Shown here: one piece after another, positions 48,613 to 57,850 of the stretch
Position numbering within the stretch: position 1 is the first letter of the stretch
Layout: the number at the start of each line of letters is the position of its first letter
Source: an uncultured Acidimicrobiaceae bacterium
Lineage (GTDB): Bacteria > Actinomycetota > Acidimicrobiia > Acidimicrobiales > Ilumatobacteraceae
Assembly: GCA_963732585.1 (NCBI GenBank)
Contig: CAVSZY010000007.1
Location: 98,807 to 162,806, forward strand
Direction of reading: 5' to 3'
Length of the DNA stretch: 64,000 nucleotides
Position numbers and translations under genes: made by a program
The notes under the pieces: generated by a model
What the model was told of the DNA's origin: nothing
The model's database searches: none
Seen by the model: the letters and a program-made list of their open reading frames with translations, nothing else

Positions 48613-49221
48613 CTAGGCGCCGAGCACCCGCTCAAAGGCGCTGGCCATGACCTCTGGCTCGAGTGCACCAAGGAAGCCGTCGACTTCGCCTGCGGCATTG
48701 ACGAACACCCAGGCAGGCTGTGAAGGCACGCCGAAGTGGGCGAACAGCTCGCCCGTTTGATCGTTGAGGTTCTGGAAGGTGATGGCGTACTTGTCGACGA
48801 ACCCTTGCATCTCGTCTTCGGTGCCGTTCCAGGCCACACCGACCAAGGCGACCTGATCGCCGTACTGCTTGTGGGCCGCCTCGACCGAGGCGGCTTCGCG
48901 GTTACACACCGTTCAAAACGGCGCCCAAAACCAGAAGGCCACCGGTTTGCCAGCGAAGCTGGCGACATCGAGTTCACCGCCGCCGAGTAGCGGTGCTTTG
49001 ACCATCAAAGCCTCGGGGATCGACACCGGGGTGCCGGTCAAGGAACCCGTGCCCGCTGGCGCGGCGCTGATCGAAGGATCGATCGCCGCTGGTGGAGCGG
49101 CGGGGGCCTGCGTGGGCGATGCGGCAGCCGAGTCGGGGGGCGACACCGTCTTGCTAGCTCCGCAGGCGGCGACGAGCGCGGCAATCGCCCCGGCACCGAG
49201 AAACGTTCGACGAGTAGTCAC
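48613..49221 (-). CDS. Tat-signal lipoprotein TlpA/ResA-like redoxin with in-frame TGA at the first redox Cys (candidate selenocysteine)
   Basis: GTG at 49221; TRRTFLGAGAIAALVAAC (twin-Arg plus lipobox). GKPVAFWFWAPF-TGA-TVCNREA aligns with FWA.WC..C..E, and the downstream thioredoxin fold continues in the same frame (track ORFs 48913..49611 and 48613..48909). Confidence 0.6.
48875..48894 (-). promoter_or_regulatory. SECIS-like hairpin downstream of the in-frame UGA
   Basis: mRNA GCCGCCUC-GGUC-GAGGCGGC: perfect 8-bp stem, 4-nt GGUC loop, stem starts 18 nt after the UGA at 48915-48913. Confidence 0.4.
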
Positions 49222-49324
49222 GACCCGGGATACTAACCGTCGCACTGCACCTACGGGGGTGCAGGCGGGCCACCATTCTCGGACGTTGGCGCCCGTGGCG
49301 TCGTCGGCCGTAGCATTGCACAAC

Positions 49325-49765
49325 GTGAAGACAAGAACCTTGCTGATTCTTGCCGTGGCCTGTGGTCTCGTCATCCTCGTTGCCGGCAGCATCAAGCTGT
49401 TCCTGGTCGCCGACGCCGACGCCCCGGTGCACCATGCCGTCGGGCAATCGGCCAAGGTCGCAGACATGGTGGTCACCGTCGAGGCGATGGAGATCGTCGA
49501 TGGCAAGGCTGTTGCCACGGTGTCGCTGGTCGGCGTCGACGACGACGACGGGGCCCAAAGCTGGACTTTTGGTGATGGCCAACAGCTGCTCTCGCGGAAC
49601 TCGCCAGCCAATACGCCCAGTCACAACGGATTGTCGGCGTGCCGAGCGACGAAACGCGACGAGGTGACCCGATGCCTGGTGTCATTTACCTCGACGCGGA
49701 CCCGTGGCGTGTTGCGTTACGACCGTGCGGACGAGGCGCTGTATTGGGACGTCATCGACTCCTGA
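49325..49765 (+). CDS. small membrane-anchored protein of unknown function
   Basis: Track ORF 48869..49765 trimmed to the GTG at 49325 (KTRTLLILAVACGLVILVAGSI). Confidence 0.45.
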   Translation: MKTRTLLILAVACGLVILVAGSIKLFLVADADAPVHHAVGQSAKVADMVVTVEAMEIVDGKAVATVSLVGVDDDDGAQSWTFGDGQQLLSRNSPANTPSHNGLSACRATKRDEVTRCLVSFTSTRTRGVLRYDRADEALYWDVIDS

Positions 49766-49775
49766 GGGCGCTACC

Positions 49776-51227
49776 GTGTGGCCCGTACGTTCCTCGCCGC
49801 GGCGAGCGACTTTGGAGGTGGTTCCTACGGCCGAGCAATTCGATCTTGTGATCATCGGGGGTGGCCCCGGCGGTTATGGAGCGGCGCTTTACGCGGCATC
49901 GGCCGGGTTGAGTGTGGCGCTCGTTGAGAAGGATTCACTCGGCGGTACGTGCCTCAATCGTGGCTGCATCCCGGCGAAGGCGTTCTTAGAGACCGCAGCC
50001 GTGTACCGCCATGTGGCCCATGCCGCCGATTTTGGGATCAACGCCTCGGCCCCGACCGTCGATTTCGCGGTCACCCAGAAGCGCAAGCAGAAAATCGTCG
50101 ACGGCCTGGTCAAAGGAATCGGCGGCATGATCAAGAGCCGCAAGGTCAAGCTGTTTACCGGCACCGGGTCGCTGGCCGCCGATCGCACCGTGAACATCAC
50201 CCTCGCTGACGGCACCACTGCGCAGGCCCAGGGCCGCGCCGTCGTGCTCGCCGCCGGGTCCGTGCCGCGGACCATTCCCGGTTTCGACCGCGGCGGGCCG
50301 ATCATGACCAGCGACGAAGTGTTGATGCTCGATCATGTGCCGGCCCGCGTTGCCGTCATCGGTGGCGGTGCCATCGGATGCGAGTTCGCCTCCACCTTTT
50401 CCGATCTCGGCGCCAAAGTGACGATCTTGGAAGGTCTGCCGAAAATCCTTCCCGGCCTCGATGCCGACGTCGCCAATGTCGTCGTCAAGAGCTTCACCAA
50501 GAAGAAGATCGACATTCGCACCGGCGTCAAGGTCAACGGCCACACGCCAACCGGCAGTGGCAGCACGGTGGTGCAATTTGGCGACGGCGAGCAACTCGAA
50601 GTCGATGCCGTGGTGGTCTCTGTCGGGCGTCGTCCCTTCGCTGACGAGTTGGGCCTCGTCGGCACCGGCGTCGTTGTCGACCAGCGTGGCTTCGTCGAGG
50701 TCGACGAGTTCTGTCGCACCGCAGCGCCCGATGTCTACGCCATTGGCGATTTGATCAACACCCCGCAATTGGCTCACGTCGGCTACGCCGAGGCGATCCT
50801 GGTGGTCAAGCAAGTGCTCGGCGAGAGCCCGATGCCAGTCAACTACGACCGGGTGCCGTGGGCCATCTATTGCCATCCGGAAGTTGCCTGGGCTGGCCCC
50901 GGCGAGGAGGCGGCCAAGGCCGCCGGATTCGATGTCGTCGTCGCCAAGCATCAGTTCCGGGCAAACAGCCGGGCGCACATCATCGGCGAGATCGACGGAC
51001 TGGTGAAGGTCATCGCCAAGAAGAACGCCGACGGTACCGCGGGGCAAGTGCTGGGAGTGCACATGGTCGGCCCGTGGGTCACCGAACAGCTGAGCGGCGG
51101 ATACCTCGCCGTCAACTGGGAGGCAACCGTCGCCGAGGTCGCCGAGTTCATTCAGCCGCACCCAAGTCTCAGCGAGTTGTTCGGCGAGACCGTCCTGTCG
51201 CTCACCGGCCGCAGCTTGAACAGCTGA
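49776..51227 (+). CDS. lpd: dihydrolipoyl dehydrogenase (E3)
   Basis: FDLVIIGGGPGGYGAALYAA, GGTCLNRGCIPAK redox disulfide, HPSLSE C-terminal motif. Start set at the GTG at 49776, 7 nt after a GAGGG; other starts are possible. Confidence 0.9.
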   Translation: MWPVRSSPRRATLEVVPTAEQFDLVIIGGGPGGYGAALYAASAGLSVALVEKDSLGGTCLNRGCIPAKAFLETAAVYRHVAHAADFGINASAPTVDFAVTQKRKQKIVDGLVKGIGGMIKSRKVKLFTGTGSLAADRTVNITLADGTTAQAQGRAVVLAAGSVPRTIPGFDRGGPIMTSDEVLMLDHVPARVAVIGGGAIGCEFASTFSDLGAKVTILEGLPKILPGLDADVANVVVKSFTKKKIDIRTGVKVNGHTPTGSGSTVVQFGDGEQLEVDAVVVSVGRRPFADELGLVGTGVVVDQRGFVEVDEFCRTAAPDVYAIGDLINTPQLAHVGYAEAILVVKQVLGESPMPVNYDRVPWAIYCHPEVAWAGPGEEAAKAAGFDVVVAKHQFRANSRAHIIGEIDGLVKVIAKKNADGTAGQVLGVHMVGPWVTEQLSGGYLAVNWEATVAEVAEFIQPHPSLSELFGETVLSLTGRSLNS

Positions 51228-51295
51228 ACCACCCGGTCACAAGAAACACCGATCACAAGAATTCGCTATTTCGTACGTCGTGCCGAGAGGAACAC

Positions 51296-52714
51296 ATGGC
51301 AGATATCACCCTTCCGCAGCTTGGTGAAACCGTCACCGAGGGAACCATTACCAAATGGTTCAAGAAAGTCGGCGACACGGTCAGCGCCGACGACCCGTTG
51401 TTCGAGGTGTCGACCGACAAGGTCGATACCGAGGTGCCCTCACCGAGCGCCGGCACGTTGATCGAGATCCGTGTCGCCGAGGGCGACACGGTGCCTGTCG
51501 GCACGATCGTCGCCGTCGTCGGTGCCGCCGATGCCGCTGCGGCGCCCGCTGCCCCGGCACCGGCCCCCGAGCCGGTCCCCGCCCCAGCGCCTGCCCCGGT
51601 CGTCGAGCCAGTGGTCGCCGCATCGGCGGCTCCCGCTCCCGCACCCGCGCCAGCCCCGGCACCCGCGCCGACTCCCGCTCCCGTTGCTGCGGAGCCGGGC
51701 GCGGCCAAGGCGAACGACAATCGGTTGTTGTCGCCGGTAGTGCGCCGCCTCGTCGCCGAGCACAATCTGTCGCCGGACGTGATCAAGGGAACGGGTGCAG
51801 GTGGGCGAATCACCCGCGAGGACGTGCTCGATCACATCGATGCCCTGGCCACGGCGGCACCGCCTGCGGCACCGGTGGCGATGCCGGCCCCATCGGCGCC
51901 TGCGGTTGTCGTCCCCGCCGCTCCGGCCGCCGCAGCGCCCGTCGCCGCAGCGCCTATCGCTGTTGCGCCCATCGCTGCTGCGCCTGTCGCCCAGCCAGGC
52001 GCCCGCGACACGGTGGTGGCCTTGTCGAAGATGCGCAAGCTGACCGGTGCACACATGATCGCCAGCAAGGCCGCCAGCCCGCACGCCTTCAGCGTCGTCG
52101 AGATTGACTTCGCCAACGTCGACGCCACCCGCAACAAGGTGAAGAACGAGTGGAAGGCGGCCGAGGGTTTCAGTCTCACCTATCTCGGGTTCATCGCCCG
52201 CGCCGTGGTCGATGCCATCGCCGAGTTCCCGCAGATGAACGCCAGCGTCAGCGGCGACAACCTCGTGGTCCACAATTACGTCGATCTCGGCATCGCCGTC
52301 GACCTCGACTACACCGGCCTGCTGGTGCCGTTGGTGCGCAACGCCGAGGCCAAGCGCCTGCGGGCTATCGCCCGTGAGATCAACGACCTCGCTGGTCGCG
52401 CTCGCAGCCGCAAGCTGAGCCCGGACGAGATCTCCGGTGGCACGTTCACGATCAGCAACAACGGCTCGGCCGGCAGCGTGCTGACGATGCCGATCATCAA
52501 CCAGCCACAGGTCGCCATCCTCTCGACCGACGCCATCGTGCGCAAGCCGGTCGTCGTTCGTGGTGTCGATGGCGGCGAAGCGATCGCCATCCACCCCGTC
52601 GGCAACCTGGCGATGAGCTGGGATCATCGGGCGTTCGATGGCGCCTACGCCGCTGGCTTCTTGGTCAAGATCAAAGACGTGCTGGAAACCCGCGACTGGA
52701 GCGCCGAACTCTAA
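51296..52714 (+). CDS. sucB: 2-oxoacid dehydrogenase E2 dihydrolipoamide acyltransferase
   Basis: Trimmed to the ATG at 51296. Lipoyl domain (FEVSTDKVDTEVPSP), Ala/Pro linkers, PSBD (SPVVRRLVAEHNL), catalytic domain with DHRAFDG. Confidence 0.9.
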   Translation: MADITLPQLGETVTEGTITKWFKKVGDTVSADDPLFEVSTDKVDTEVPSPSAGTLIEIRVAEGDTVPVGTIVAVVGAADAAAAPAAPAPAPEPVPAPAPAPVVEPVVAASAAPAPAPAPAPAPAPTPAPVAAEPGAAKANDNRLLSPVVRRLVAEHNLSPDVIKGTGAGGRITREDVLDHIDALATAAPPAAPVAMPAPSAPAVVVPAAPAAAAPVAAAPIAVAPIAAAPVAQPGARDTVVALSKMRKLTGAHMIASKAASPHAFSVVEIDFANVDATRNKVKNEWKAAEGFSLTYLGFIARAVVDAIAEFPQMNASVSGDNLVVHNYVDLGIAVDLDYTGLLVPLVRNAEAKRLRAIAREINDLAGRARSRKLSPDEISGGTFTISNNGSAGSVLTMPIINQPQVAILSTDAIVRKPVVVRGVDGGEAIAIHPVGNLAMSWDHRAFDGAYAAGFLVKIKDVLETRDWSAEL

Positions 52715-54448
52715 TGGACACCGGGTCCGAGCCGCTGCACCTGCGTTGGCTTGGGCGAGTCGACCTACGCGGAGGCGTTCGACCTCCAGAGCGCCCTGTT
52801 TCGCCATGGCCGTGGCAATCATCTGCTGCTGCTGGAACACCCGCATGTCTTCACCCACGGGGCTCGGGCCGACGTGGCCAACAACGTCCTCGTCGACCCG
52901 GCGAGCGTCGATGCTCGCCTGATTGCCGTCAACCGCGGCGGCGATGTCACCTATCACGGCCCCGGTCAGGTCGTCGGCTACCCGATCGTCAATCTCCCGC
53001 CGAAGCGGGCCTTTGGCGGCCGGGCGGGTGGCGGGCCATCGGACTCCGTTGCTCATGTCCGCAATGTCGAGCAGTTGGTCATCGACGCGTTGGCTGAACT
53101 TGGCTTAGCCAACGCCGGCCGTCTCGATGGCTATCCGGGCGTGTGGATCGAGGCTGATGGGGCGCAGCCACGCAAGATCTGCGCCATCGGTGTGCGCATC
53201 TCGCGGCGGCGAACGATGCACGGCTTTGCGCTGAACGTCGATCCCGACATGCGCTACATGCGCGACTACATCGTCCCCTGTGGCATTGCCGACCGTCCGG
53301 TGACCTCGCTCGCCGAGGAGGGTATCGAGGCGTCGATGGCCGACGTGGTCAACGTCATCTCGACGCTCGCCGCCGCCCGTTGGGGCGGCGGGCAGTTGGA
53401 GCGCCAAGATGTCGCCTGGCGACACACCCCAGCCGACCTCTCGCCGTTCTCCCGCGGTGAAGGCCCGGGAGCCGTAGTGCGCAGTGCCGGCGACCACGGG
53501 ATCGGCGACGAACCGTCGCTGGGGGCACCGCCGCCGAACTCGTCGGTGCGCCTGCTCGGGCGTCTGGCCCAGGCGGGGGTCAGCGGCGGTGTCACCTTGC
53601 ACGAGCGCAAGCCGGAATGGTTGCGGCCGAAGGTCAGCCTTGGGCAACAGGTGCTGGACACCAAACGAATCGTTCGTGAGCATGGCATGGTCACCGTCTG
53701 CGAAGAGGCGGGGTGCCCGAATCTCAGCGAATGCTGGTCGGATGGAACGGCGACGTTCATGGTGCTCGGCGAACGGTGCACCAGAGCCTGCGGTTTTTGC
53801 TTGGTCGATACGCACAAGCCGCTGCCACCCGCGCCAGACGAGCCAGTTCGCTTGGCGGAGGCGATCGAGGCGATGGGCCTCGATTACGCGGTGCTGACAA
53901 TGGTGGCCCGCGACGATCTCAGCGACGGCGGCATGGCCCACGTCGCCGCCTGCGTCCAAGCCGTGCGCCAGCGTCGGTCGGGCACCCGGCTGGAGGCGCT
54001 GATCTCCGACGTCAAGGGCGATCGCGCAGCGCTCGCCGTGCTGTTCGCCGTGCGGCCCGATGTCGTCAACCACAATGTGGAGACGGTGCCTCGGCTGCAG
54101 CGGGCGGTGCGACCCTCGGCCGGTTATGCCCGCAGCCTGTCGTTGCTGGCGCGGGCCAAAGCAGCCGACCTGGTCGTCAAGTCAGGGCTGATCGTCGGCA
54201 TGGGAGAGACCCCCGAGGAAGTCGATGGCGTGCTCTTCGATCTCGCCTCGATCGGCGTCGACATCGTCACCATCGGGCAGTATCTGCGTCCGACCTCGCA
54301 TCATCTTCCGGTGGCCCGCTGGGTGCAGCCCAACGAGTTCGAGCGTTGGAAGTCGCTCGGCGAGTCGCTGGGCATTGGGCATGTCGAGTCGAGCCCGTTG
54401 ACCCGCAGCAGCTATCACGCCAACCAAGCCTCTGCTGCGATTCGGTGA
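52714..54448 (+). CDS. lipB/lipA: octanoyltransferase LipB fused in one frame to lipoyl synthase LipA; LipB N-terminus frameshifted
   Basis: ATG at 52714 overlaps the E2 stop (TAATG) and encodes EPLHLRWLGRVD. The frame slips at about 52764-52765 into track ORF 52751..54448, which holds LipB motifs (NRGGDVTYHGPGQ, KICAIGVR) then LipA motifs (CEEAGCPN, CTRACGFC) with no stop between. Confidence 0.8.
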
Positions 54449-54502
54449 CAATCGGCGCCGGCGCGTGCTCGGCGCGCTGCTATCGGTGTCAGTATTCCCC
54501 GA

Positions 54503-55747
54503 ATGCGATTCGACGACATCGATCCCGACGAGCGTGAAGATGCCCTGGCCCGTCGCCGTCGGCGGGCTCGGGTGCTGCTCAGCCTCGGCGCGCTCGCCGC
54601 GCTGTGCCTCGGTGGGCTGGTGGCCTGGAACCTTCGTGACGACGGATCGGCGCTCCCGTCGGCCACCGATCCGACGCTGCCCGTGGAGGAAACCGATCCA
54701 CCGATTGTCGACGATGTGCCATTTCAGCCGGGTCCTCAGGACTATCCGCTGACCTGGACCGACTACCAGGGTGAGAAGGCTGAACTCTTGGCGCAACGGA
54801 GTACGGCGCAGGACATCTCCGTCTGGCTGCATGCCACGCAACAGTTCATGATTATGGATGGCGGGCCGCGGTTGGTTCATCAGTCAGTGACACAGACAAC
54901 GCAGGCCCCGCTGCAGTCGGGATGGGTGCCCGAACCGTGGTGCAACGCCATCGGCCAGTTCCGGGTGACGATGCGCCATCGCAACTCGGTGGGCTCGTCG
55001 ATGGGCGGGATCTACGACGAACCTCACGACGGGGTCGCGGCCTCGTTGTTCAGCAGCGGCTACGCCGAGGGCGAGCCATTCTGGGTGATGGTCTTGCAGG
55101 TCAGCCAGACGATCACATCGGCCAGCGTTCGTTTCAGCAACGGAGCGGGCGACGCCGCGCCCCCGAAGGATGGTTTCGTCATCCTTGCCGGCCTTGGACG
55201 ACCGGAACCACGATTCTCGGTGACTGTCGAGGACGCCGCCGGACCACGCGATCTTTCCAGCGCCGATCTCAACGCCGCGCTCCCTGGGAATCGGGCATGG
55301 ATGCTGGCCTGCAACCCGCCGGTGCCCACCTTGCCTGAACCCGGCGAACAGCCGGTCGACGCCGCTGCTGTCGAAGAACTCGTGCGCCAACGAGTCACGG
55401 TTCTCTATGACCGCGTGATCGATCCTGCCGACAAGCCAGCGGATTTGCTCGACTCCCGTGAAGGCATCGACGAAGCGCTCGCTGCCGTTGCGGCTGGCCC
55501 GTTCGCCGACGCTGCGATCGGCTCGCAGCTGCAGATCGACGGCATCGTCTTTACGTCGCCGACGCAGGCCTGGTTCGAGTACACATTGCTGACAACCAGC
55601 GGCAGCTTCTCGGGACGGTTTGGCTACGCCAACTTGATCGACGGGTCGTGGCGAATTGGGCGTGCCGTGCTGTGCCAGGATTTGATGCTCGCTGGTGCCG
55701 CCTGCAATCCGCCGGTCGACATGGTCGTGCCGCCGGAGGGTGGCTGA
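54503..55747 (+). CDS. membrane-anchored protein of unknown function (paralogue A)
   Basis: 414 aa; MRFDDIDPDE..RRRRRA, one TM, large ectodomain ending FTSPTQAWFEY...DGSWRIGRAVLC. Confidence 0.55.
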   Translation: MRFDDIDPDEREDALARRRRRARVLLSLGALAALCLGGLVAWNLRDDGSALPSATDPTLPVEETDPPIVDDVPFQPGPQDYPLTWTDYQGEKAELLAQRSTAQDISVWLHATQQFMIMDGGPRLVHQSVTQTTQAPLQSGWVPEPWCNAIGQFRVTMRHRNSVGSSMGGIYDEPHDGVAASLFSSGYAEGEPFWVMVLQVSQTITSASVRFSNGAGDAAPPKDGFVILAGLGRPEPRFSVTVEDAAGPRDLSSADLNAALPGNRAWMLACNPPVPTLPEPGEQPVDAAAVEELVRQRVTVLYDRVIDPADKPADLLDSREGIDEALAAVAAGPFADAAIGSQLQIDGIVFTSPTQAWFEYTLLTTSGSFSGRFGYANLIDGSWRIGRAVLCQDLMLAGAACNPPVDMVVPPEGG

Positions 55748-55748
55748 A

Positions 55749-56957
55749 ATGGCCCGGATCGACATCATCGATCCCGACGAGGCCGACCCCTGGCGGCGCC
55801 GACGCCGCATTCTGCGCAACACGGGTTTGCTGGTCGTCACGGCGATCGTCGGGTTCGCAGTGGTCGCCGTTATCAGCAAGCGCAACGACGACGAGGCGCA
55901 ACCTGTCGTCACCGATGCCGTGGTTGTCACTGATCCGACCGAACCGCCACCCGAGCCGCAACCGTTCGAGCCGCGCCCTGTGGACCCGTTGGCCTTTCCT
56001 GACATGGGCAGCGATTACATCGGCGAGCCGCTCGAACTGCTTTCCGAACGCAAAGTTGGTGAGGTCACCGTCCGGGCCCAGGTTGTGACCTGGGATGGGA
56101 TGGAAGAACAATTCGCCCCCGTCGGCGAGCCGCAGGGGTGGGTCGCTGCCGCCTGGTGTTGGCCAACAAACCGTTCATTACGGGTCACGATGCAGCGTGG
56201 CGACTCGGTGTCGACGGCACAAATGCCCTTTCTCGACGAGGCCAGACCGCCGTTGACTGCTGCGTTGATGGTGCCCGGCGAAGCCGACGGCACCCCCTAC
56301 CGGGTTGTGGCAGTGCTGACGGCACCCGGCGTCGCCAGCGTCGCGGTCCGCTTCCCCGAAGGTGGCAGCGACGAGGCCAAGGTGGACAACGGCGTGGCGT
56401 TACTGACCGTTCCAGGAGGACAGGTTGGGCGCTTCGTGCTCTCGGTCGTCGCCGCCGACGGCACCGTCAACGAGATGCCCAGCACGGAGATCCCCCGGGA
56501 AGGTGATGAGGCCTGGAATGACGCGTGTACGCCGCCGCCCCCGGAGTTACCGCCACCTGGCGTGCAACCGGGCAATGTCGCCGCCAACACCGCCGAGATC
56601 GAAACGCTCGTCGCCGAGATGCAGGCCGTGTTGCGCCAAGAGATCCCGCTCGACGAAGGTCTCTTCTTCGACACGGAGGTCGCCGCCAGTTCGTTGCAGA
56701 TGCTGATCGACAGTGGGCTGGCTGAATTGGGTCGCCAGGTGTTGGTGACCGTCGAGGAACTGGTCTTCACCAGCCCGCAACAGGCCTGGTTCCGATACCG
56801 GATGGCGCTACCAGGAATTGGCGAACCGATGGGTCAGGCATTGTTCGGTATCGCCGAGCTGCGCGATGGCCGCTGGTTGTTGGACGAGCGGATCTGGTGC
56901 TCGATCAGTCCGATGGGTTGTGCTCAGGATGGCCCTATTCAACCCCCGGCGGGCTAG
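55749..56957 (+). CDS. membrane-anchored protein of unknown function (paralogue B)
   Basis: Trimmed to the ATG at 55749. MARIDIIDPDE..RRRRR, one TM, ectodomain ending FTSPQQAWFRY...DGRWLLDERIWC; same layout as paralogue A. Confidence 0.55.
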   Translation: MARIDIIDPDEADPWRRRRRILRNTGLLVVTAIVGFAVVAVISKRNDDEAQPVVTDAVVVTDPTEPPPEPQPFEPRPVDPLAFPDMGSDYIGEPLELLSERKVGEVTVRAQVVTWDGMEEQFAPVGEPQGWVAAAWCWPTNRSLRVTMQRGDSVSTAQMPFLDEARPPLTAALMVPGEADGTPYRVVAVLTAPGVASVAVRFPEGGSDEAKVDNGVALLTVPGGQVGRFVLSVVAADGTVNEMPSTEIPREGDEAWNDACTPPPPELPPPGVQPGNVAANTAEIETLVAEMQAVLRQEIPLDEGLFFDTEVAASSLQMLIDSGLAELGRQVLVTVEELVFTSPQQAWFRYRMALPGIGEPMGQALFGIAELRDGRWLLDERIWCSISPMGCAQDGPIQPPAG

Positions 56958-57121
56958 CGAACGATGCGATGACAATCTCGACCGGATAGCAGGCATAGAC
57001 GGTTTTGCAAGCTGTGTCGAGCGAGCAGGAATACCACCAAGATCGCTGATGCACTTGCTATACGTGGTTGTTGTGTGGTAGAAATCGTAGTTAGAGGGTT
57101 TCTTGACGGATTGGTGGGTCT

Positions 57122-57693
57122 GTGATGGTTCGGCGGAGTATGCGTTTTGTGGTTGTGTTTGCGCTGTGGGGGGGGTCCCTGTGTGGTGAGTGGTTGCCGG
57201 TGAGCGCGCGGGAGCGTGTTGCTGGTCCGGGGGTGGTGTTGCCTCCGGATATTCGTCCGCCGGTGGTGCCGTTTGTGCCGGGTAAGGGTGTGGCGATGTC
57301 GCCGTTGGTGCAGGCGCGCTCGCAGGGTTTGGGGACTGATCTGGCGCCGGGGTTGGCGCAGGTGTTGGCGCAGAATCCGGGGTTGGCGAAGCGTCCGTCG
57401 GTTGCTGATGGTGCGAGTGAGGTTGCTGTTGGGCGGGGTGGTCGTGATGTGGTTGCGGCTGGTGGGGCGCCGATGGTTGTTGGTGCGGTGTTGGCCGAGT
57501 CGAAGTCGGCGGTGGCGAAGCGGAGCCCGCGGGTGCCCGAGACGGTGCGGGTGGCTGTGGTTGGTGATGTTCGGGCGCAGGCTGCGGGGCTTGGGGTGTT
57601 CGGGTTCTCGGTGAAGGAAACCGGTGTTGGTGGGAGCGGGCGGGCTGCGGTGCGGGTGGCGATGGATTATTCGCAGTTCCGTTACGCGTATGG
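57122..57693 (+). pseudogene. Rhs/YD-repeat protein, 5-prime fragment cut by transposon insertion
   Basis: Signal-like N-terminus. Ends ...VAMDYSQFRYAYG exactly at the insertion point, and the sequence resumes at 60747. Confidence 0.7.
57689..57693. repeat. target-site duplication TATGG (left copy)
   Basis: Identical pentamer flanks both transposon ends. Removing the element plus one copy restores the Rhs reading frame. Confidence 0.75.
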
Positions 57694-57850
57694 TGTAGAG
57701 CGCCAGGTTCGTTGAGGATGGTGGGGCTGGTTGGTGACAGGTGTGGTGAGGATGGTTGGGGTGGTGGCGGTGAGACTGGTCGCGCAAGGACCCTCCCGTT
57801 GATTCACCTGGCAGTGAACGGGAGGGCCCTTTGGGCGCCCGGAGGCACTG

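Noticed and set aside
52751-52770. The TTG at 52751 as the genuine lipB start, which would remove the need for a frameshift.
   Set aside because: The upstream frame encodes the conserved LipB N-terminal strand (LHLRWLGRVD), and its ATG is coupled to the E2 stop. A start at 52751 would delete a conserved part of the fold.
51440-53056. Long ORFs antisense or out of frame to clearly assigned genes. Examples: 51440-53056(-), 1993-3135(+), 5687-7027(-), 18940-20064(-), 24652-26421(-), 39680-41257(+), 49986-51161(-), 53105-54073(-), 56954-58246(-), 61918-63879(-).
   Set aside because: They are Arg/Pro/Gly/His-rich with no recognisable motifs. They fully overlap ORFs with strong family signatures on the other strand or frame. 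This is the usual stop-codon-poor shadow ORF effect of high-GC DNA.
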